Origin: Bacillota bacterium
Lineage (GTDB): Bacteria > Bacillota > Halanaerobiia > Halanaerobiales > DATFIM01
Length of the DNA: 52,382 nt
Assembly (NCBI GenBank): GCA_051744805.1
Contig: JBNJDK010000005.1
Coordinates: 1 to 52,382 of the forward strand
Direction: 5' to 3'
This document shows, in pieces, positions 47,788 to 52,382 of this stretch; positions within the stretch are counted from its first letter, which is position 1, and every line of letters begins with the position of its first letter. The notes under the pieces are model-generated. The model was not told the DNA's origin and did no database searches. It was given only the letters and a program-made list of their open reading frames with translations. The position numbers and the translations under genes were made by a program.

Positions 47788-49140
47788 GTGTCAAAAATAA
47801 ATTCGTTAAAAGAGAATAATATTTTTATCAATTTATTTTTTTTAACATTCTTAATTTTCTTTTTTATTTTTATTTCAGGTCATGTCCATGCAGAGTCAGA
47901 TTTTTTAGTAAATAAAAATGTAGATTTAGTATATCAAATTCCAGTTAAAACAGATATCGATCCTTCTATAGCTTCTTTTGTTAAAAATGGTATAGAGGAA
48001 GCAGAAGAAAATGAAGCTGATTTGATTATTATTGAGATCAGTAGTTTTGGAGGACTGGTAGATAGTGCTATATCAATCAAAGATGATATTATAAGAACTT
48101 CTATTCCAACTATTACTTTTGTTTCTGAGAGAGCCTGGTCTGCAGGAGCACTAATTGCTCTGGCTGGAGAAGAATTAGTTATGCAGGAAGGTACAAGTAT
48201 TGGAGCAGCAGAAACAAGACCAAATGAAGAAAAATATATTTCTGCTTTAAGAAAAGAATTTAATACTACTGCTGAATTAAGAAATAGGAATCCTGAACTT
48301 GCGGAAGCTATGGTTGATTCAGATATTGAAGTAGAGGATATTATTGCTGAAGGTAAATTATTAACTTTAACTTCAAGTGAGGCATTAGAAAATAATATTT
48401 CCAATTCTACAGTAAAAAGTTATGAAGACCTATTAGGTAAATATAAATTAATTAATTCTGAAATAATAACTTTGAAAAGATCCATGAAAGAAATTTTTGC
48501 TGATGTAGTTACTACCCCAATATTTTCCGTTATTCTTTTATCTATAGGTTTTGCAGCACTTATTTCTGAAGCAATAATTCCAGGCTGGGGAGTTGGGGGA
48601 ACAATTGGTTTATTGAGTTTAGCCACTTTTTTTAGTGGTTATTTAATTAATGGTTATGCTCATTGGGGGTTAATAGTTCTTTTTATTGTTGGAATTGTTT
48701 TAATGGCCATTGAATTATTTGTTGTTCCTGGTTTTGGAATAACAGGTATAGGAGGTTTAATAGCGATTTTTGCCAGTTTGTATTTTTTCTTTCCAGACCC
48801 AAGTACAGCTTTAGGTGTAATGGCAGCAGTTTTGGTTTTATCAATAGCTCTATTATTTATATTAATTAAGTTATTTGGAGTTAGTAAGTTTTGGAAAAAT
48901 ATTTCTTTAGGTGAAAGTCAGAGTAATAAAAGAGGTTACACATCTCATTCTAACCAGAAAAAATTAATTGGTGAAAAGGGAACTACTTTAACTCATTTAA
49001 GGCCGGCTGGAACTGCTGAATTTAATGGGGAAAGAATTGATGTTATTACAGAAGGGGATTATATTGATAGAGATCAAAAGGTAGAGGTAATAAGGGTTAA
49101 AGGTAGTAGAGTTGTTGTTAAAAAAATAGAGGAGGAATAA
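47788..49140 (+). CDS. nfeD: NfeD family membrane-bound serine protease (YqeZ-like; start possibly ATA 47797)
   Basis: Signal peptide, ClpP-like A.SAGALIALA, LLTLT..EA, PGFG..G and C-terminal OB fold LRPAG; upstream of floA. Confidence 0.9.
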   Translation: MSKINSLKENNIFINLFFLTFLIFFFIFISGHVHAESDFLVNKNVDLVYQIPVKTDIDPSIASFVKNGIEEAEENEADLIIIEISSFGGLVDSAISIKDDIIRTSIPTITFVSERAWSAGALIALAGEELVMQEGTSIGAAETRPNEEKYISALRKEFNTTAELRNRNPELAEAMVDSDIEVEDIIAEGKLLTLTSSEALENNISNSTVKSYEDLLGKYKLINSEIITLKRSMKEIFADVVTTPIFSVILLSIGFAALISEAIIPGWGVGGTIGLLSLATFFSGYLINGYAHWGLIVLFIVGIVLMAIELFVVPGFGITGIGGLIAIFASLYFFFPDPSTALGVMAAVLVLSIALLFILIKLFGVSKFWKNISLGESQSNKRGYTSHSNQKKLIGEKGTTLTHLRPAGTAEFNGERIDVITEGDYIDRDQKVEVIRVKGSRVVVKKIEEE

Positions 49141-49143
49141 ATA

Positions 49144-50163
49144 ATGGCTATATCTTCAATTGTGATTATTGCTTTAATTGCACTGTTAGTTATTTTGTTT
49201 TTTTATTTTGTACCACTAGGATTATGGATTTCTGCAATTGCTGCAGGAGTAAAAATTAGTTTTTTTGATTTGATAGGTATGAGATTAAGGAGAGTTGTAC
49301 CTTCAGTAATTGTAAGTCCGATGATTAAATCTCATAAAGCAGGTTTAAAATTGACCAGTAATAAACTCGAAGCTCATTATCTTGCTGGAGGTAATGTTGA
49401 CAGAGTAGTTGATGCTTTAATTGCTGCTCAAAGAGCAGAAATAGATCTTACTTTTGAAAGAGCAGCAGCTATCGATCTTGCCGGTAGAGATGTTTTAGAA
49501 GCAGTTAAAATGAGTGTAAATCCAAAAGTTATCCAAACACCTATAGTAACAGCGGTAGCTATGGATGGGATTCAGGTTATGGCAACTGCCCGGGTTACTG
49601 TAAGAGCTAATATTGAACGTCTTGTTGGTGGTGCTGGTGAAGATACTGTTTTGGCCCGTGTTGGTGAAGGTATTGTTACAACAGTAGGTTCTGCTGAAAC
49701 TCACAAAAAAGTTTTAGAAAACCCTGATTCTATTTCTAAAACAGTTTTAGAAAAGGGGCTTGATTCTGGTACTGCTTTTGAAATATTATCTATTGATATT
49801 GCTGATGTAGATGTTGGTAAAAACATTGGTGCTCAATTACAGACAGATCAGGCAGAAGCAGATAAAGAAATTGCACAGGCTAAAGCTGAAGAAAGAAGAG
49901 CTATGGCTGTTGCAGAAGAACAGGAAATGAAAGCAAGAGTTCAGGAAATGCAGGCTAAAGTTGTTGAAGCAGAATCAGAAGTACCTAAGGCAATGGCAGA
50001 AGCCCTCCGATCAGGTAATATAGGAGTAATGGATTATATGAATTTGAAAAATATAGAAGCAGATACAGATATGAGAGATATGATATCTAAGATAAATAAA
50101 GAAGAAACTAATCAAGAAGATAATAAGAAAAATAATAAAGATAAGAATAATGAGGAAGACTAA
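49144..50163 (+). CDS. floA: Flotillin-like protein FloA (YqfA)
   Basis: [40 protein letters not shown] and [14 protein letters not shown]. Confidence 0.96.
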   Translation: MAISSIVIIALIALLVILFFYFVPLGLWISAIAAGVKISFFDLIGMRLRRVVPSVIVSPMIKSHKAGLKLTSNKLEAHYLAGGNVDRVVDALIAAQRAEIDLTFERAAAIDLAGRDVLEAVKMSVNPKVIQTPIVTAVAMDGIQVMATARVTVRANIERLVGGAGEDTVLARVGEGIVTTVGSAETHKKVLENPDSISKTVLEKGLDSGTAFEILSIDIADVDVGKNIGAQLQTDQAEADKEIAQAKAEERRAMAVAEEQEMKARVQEMQAKVVEAESEVPKAMAEALRSGNIGVMDYMNLKNIEADTDMRDMISKINKEETNQEDNKKNNKDKNNEED

Positions 50164-50174
50164 AGGAGGATAAC

Positions 50175-50690
50175 ATGAATATTTCTCCATTATTACCTAC
50201 TATAATAATCTTTATTGTAGGAGTAAATTTAATCGAGTCTTTAATTAAGTTTTTAATTGGTAGAAATAAAAATAATGATAAACAGGCAAAAAAAGAAAAT
50301 GGAAAAGAAAGTAAAAGAAAAAAAATATTTAATGCGAATTGGAGTTTAAAAAATAAATCTGAAGAAAATGAGATAAGTAATGAAAAAATTTCAACTTCAG
50401 AGAAAAGTACTGATATTGAAGAAGATTATTTTCGCAATAAAAAAGGTAGAATGGCAGATTTTATGGATAATAAAGAAACTTCAATTTATGAAAACAAAAA
50501 TAAAACAAATGTTAAAAGAAGAAAAACAGTAAGCAAAGATTTTCCAAATGAAATTAAAATTGGAGAAAATAGTTTATTTGATAAAGAGAATATTAAAGGA
50601 GATATTTTAAAGGGAATAGTTATGAAGGAGATATTAGATAAACCTAGAGCTATGAAACCATACAAAACTTCTTACAAAAAAAATAATTAA
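50175..50690 (+). CDS. Hypothetical protein at the yqfB position
   Basis: SD AAGGAGG; N-terminal TM; C-terminal GIVMKEILDKPRA motif typical of genes following floA. Confidence 0.7.
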   Translation: MNISPLLPTIIIFIVGVNLIESLIKFLIGRNKNNDKQAKKENGKESKRKKIFNANWSLKNKSEENEISNEKISTSEKSTDIEEDYFRNKKGRMADFMDNKETSIYENKNKTNVKRRKTVSKDFPNEIKIGENSLFDKENIKGDILKGIVMKEILDKPRAMKPYKTSYKKNN

Positions 50691-50701
50691 AATAGATGTT
50701 T

Positions 50702-50741
50702 ATAAATAAAAACTGGTCATTTTGTACCAGTTTTTATTTAT
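50702..50741 (+). terminator. Terminator hairpin after the nfeD-floA operon
   Basis: Perfect 16-bp inverted repeat ATAAATAAAAACTGGT / ACCAGTTTTTATTTAT. Confidence 0.75.
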
Positions 50742-50864
50742 GTCTAATTTTTTTATAAAAAAAGAAGGGATATAGTGTAACATATTGAATATAATATATA
50801 GTATAGTGTGCATTATTGTTAGTTTAATAGCCCTATAAAATTTTAAAAGGAGATGATTGCTTTA

Positions 50865-52382
50865 ATGGAGTACATTAAATGGTTTGAAGAACTTGATGGA
50901 AATGATCTTGATATAGCTGGTGGGAAAGGTGCTAATTTAGGTGAATTAACTCAAAAAGGTATAAAAGTACCTCCAGGTTTTTGTGTTACGGCTGATACAT
51001 ATAAATATTTTATTGAAGAGAAGGATTTAGATAATGAAATTAAAGAATTAATAGCTAAAGTAGACAGACATGATTCAAATCGGTTGAGTAATATAGCAAG
51101 TGAAATAAGAGATTTAATTAAATATTCAGAGATGCCAGAGGAAATAAAAGAAGAAATTAAAAAAGCTTATAAAAAACTTAACAAAAAAGTAGGAGAAAAA
51201 ACAGAGGTAGCAGTAAGAAGTTCAGCAACTGCTGAAGATTTACCTGAAGCTTCTTTTGCCGGACAGCAGGATACATATTTATATATTTTTGGAGAAGAAG
51301 AATTAATTAATTATATAAAAGAATGTTGGGCTTCTCTCTGGACAGCCCGAGCTATATATTATCGTGAAGAAAAAGATTTTGACCATTTCAAGGTTGCTTT
51401 AAGTGCAGTGGTCCAAAAGATGGTTAATAGTGAAAAATCCGGGGTAGTATTTACAGCTAATCCTATTAATAATCGTAGAGATGAAGTTATGGTTAATTCA
51501 AGCTGGGGATTAGGAGAAGCAGTTGTATCCGGGGTAGTTACACCTGATGAATTTGTAGTTGATAAGAAAAATTTAGATATAAAAGAAAGAAATATTGCTA
51601 GAAAATTAAAAATGATAGTAAAAAAATCTGGTGATAAAATAGGGACTAAAATGGTAAATGTAGTTGATTATTTAGATAAAGAGAAAATAAATTCAACTTC
51701 CCTTAATGATGATGAAATTTATGAATTAGTTAGAATGGCAATAAAAATTGAAGAACTTTATGATAGTCCCCAGGATATTGAATGGAGTTTTGATATTGAT
51801 ACAAAAGAGTTATATATATTACAATCTCGTCCAATAACTACTTTAAAAGAAGAAAGTGAAACTGAAGAAAATAAAGCTGAAAATGATAAAAATGAAGAAT
51901 TAAAAACTTTAGCTCGCGGACTTAGTGCATCTCCTGGAATTGCGAGAGGAAATGTTATTTTAATAGAAGATATGGATGAACTAGCCAAAGTAAAAGAAGG
52001 AAATATTTTAGTAACTGCTATGACCAATCCTGATATGGTTCCTGCTATGCGAAAAGCTAAAGCGGTTGTGACTGATGAAGGTGGAAGAACCTGTCATGCA
52101 GCAATAGTTTCTCGTGAACTTGGTATTCCCTGTATAGTTGGGGCTGGTGATGCTACAGAATTACTGGAAGATGGAAAAGTTGTAACAGTAGATGCTACAA
52201 GAGGTGTAGTTTATGAAGGAGAAGTTATGGAAGAAGATGAATCAGAAGAAGAAAAAGAAGCTAGTGGAACTATAAGTCAGGAAGTAATAAATTATTTAGC
52301 TCCAACTACTGGAACTAAAATCTATATGAATTTAGGTGAACCACAATTTATAAATAGATATAAAGATTTACCTTTTGATGGT
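50865..52382 (+). CDS. ppsA: Phosphoenolpyruvate synthase (3' partial, absent from the ORF track)
   Basis: Hand translation gives GGKGANLGEL, VPPGF, AVRSSATAEDLPEASFAGQQDTY, QSRPITTL and the phospho-His motif GGRTCHAAIVSRELG; the gene runs off the window end. Confidence 0.93.
   Translation, partial: MEYIKWFEELDGNDLDIAGGKGANLGELTQKGIKVPPGFCVTADTYKYFIEEKDLDNEIKELIAKVDRHDSNRLSNIASEIRDLIKYSEMPEEIKEEIKKAYKKLNKKVGEKTEVAVRSSATAEDLPEASFAGQQDTYLYIFGEEELINYIKECWASLWTARAIYYREEKDFDHFKVALSAVVQKMVNSEKSGVVFTANPINNRRDEVMVNSSWGLGEAVVSGVVTPDEFVVDKKNLDIKERNIARKLKMIVKKSGDKIGTKMVNVVDYLDKEKINSTSLNDDEIYELVRMAIKIEELYDSPQDIEWSFDIDTKELYILQSRPITTLKEESETEENKAENDKNEELKTLARGLSASPGIARGNVILIEDMDELAKVKEGNILVTAMTNPDMVPAMRKAKAVVTDEGGRTCHAAIVSRELGIPCIVGAGDATELLEDGKVVTVDATRGVVYEGEVMEEDESEEEKEASGTISQEVINYLAPTTGTKIYMNLGEPQFINRYKDLPFDG

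Noticed and set aside
1235-52027. Short antisense and alternate-frame ORFs (e.g. 1553-1969, 16628-16825, 39492-39968, 47934-48404, 51758-52027)
   Set aside because: They lie wholly or largely inside well-supported genes, show no recognisable motifs, and have the composition expected of shadow frames.
1-52382. Selenoprotein genes with in-frame UGA
   Set aside because: The called genes ending in TGA (tspO-like, helicase partner, comEA, hrcA, gcvPB) look full length or overlap the next start. No Sec read-through candidate was recognised by eye.

Overview
AT-rich (about 25-30% GC by eye) core-chromosome window from an anaerobic Firmicute. Gene order and the very acidic chaperone and GcvH proteins suggest a halophilic Halanaerobiales-like organism (inference). 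In order it holds: the 3' end of selB facing a tRNA-Sec gene, a P-type ATPase, ychF, small membrane and Fe-S genes, an HD-GYP sensor, a tightly coupled four-gene DNA-processing operon (degenerate SF1 helicase, UvrD-like helicase, stand-alone Fe-S PD-(D/E)XK nuclease, RecJ) followed by a divergent thrC-like gene and DUF1385, then mscS, ygiQ, an NSS transporter, udk, comEA-comEC-holA-rpsT, lepA-hemW-CIRCE-hrcA-grpE-dnaK-dnaJ, rsmE-mtaB-HIT, a glycine riboswitch with gcvT-H-PA-PB, nfeD-floA-yqfB-like and the 5' part of ppsA. I saw no CRISPR array, prophage or intact mobile element. The best candidate for an undescribed system is the 11.8-19.2 kb operon, which looks like a split AddAB/AdnAB-type end-resection machine coupled to RecJ and shares a SigH-like promoter motif with comEA-comEC. 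Other signals are probable AUC/AUA/AUU start codons, an IS3-like end remnant placed as a terminator, and missing sporulation genes at their usual loci. All family calls come from motif recognition; no searches were run.
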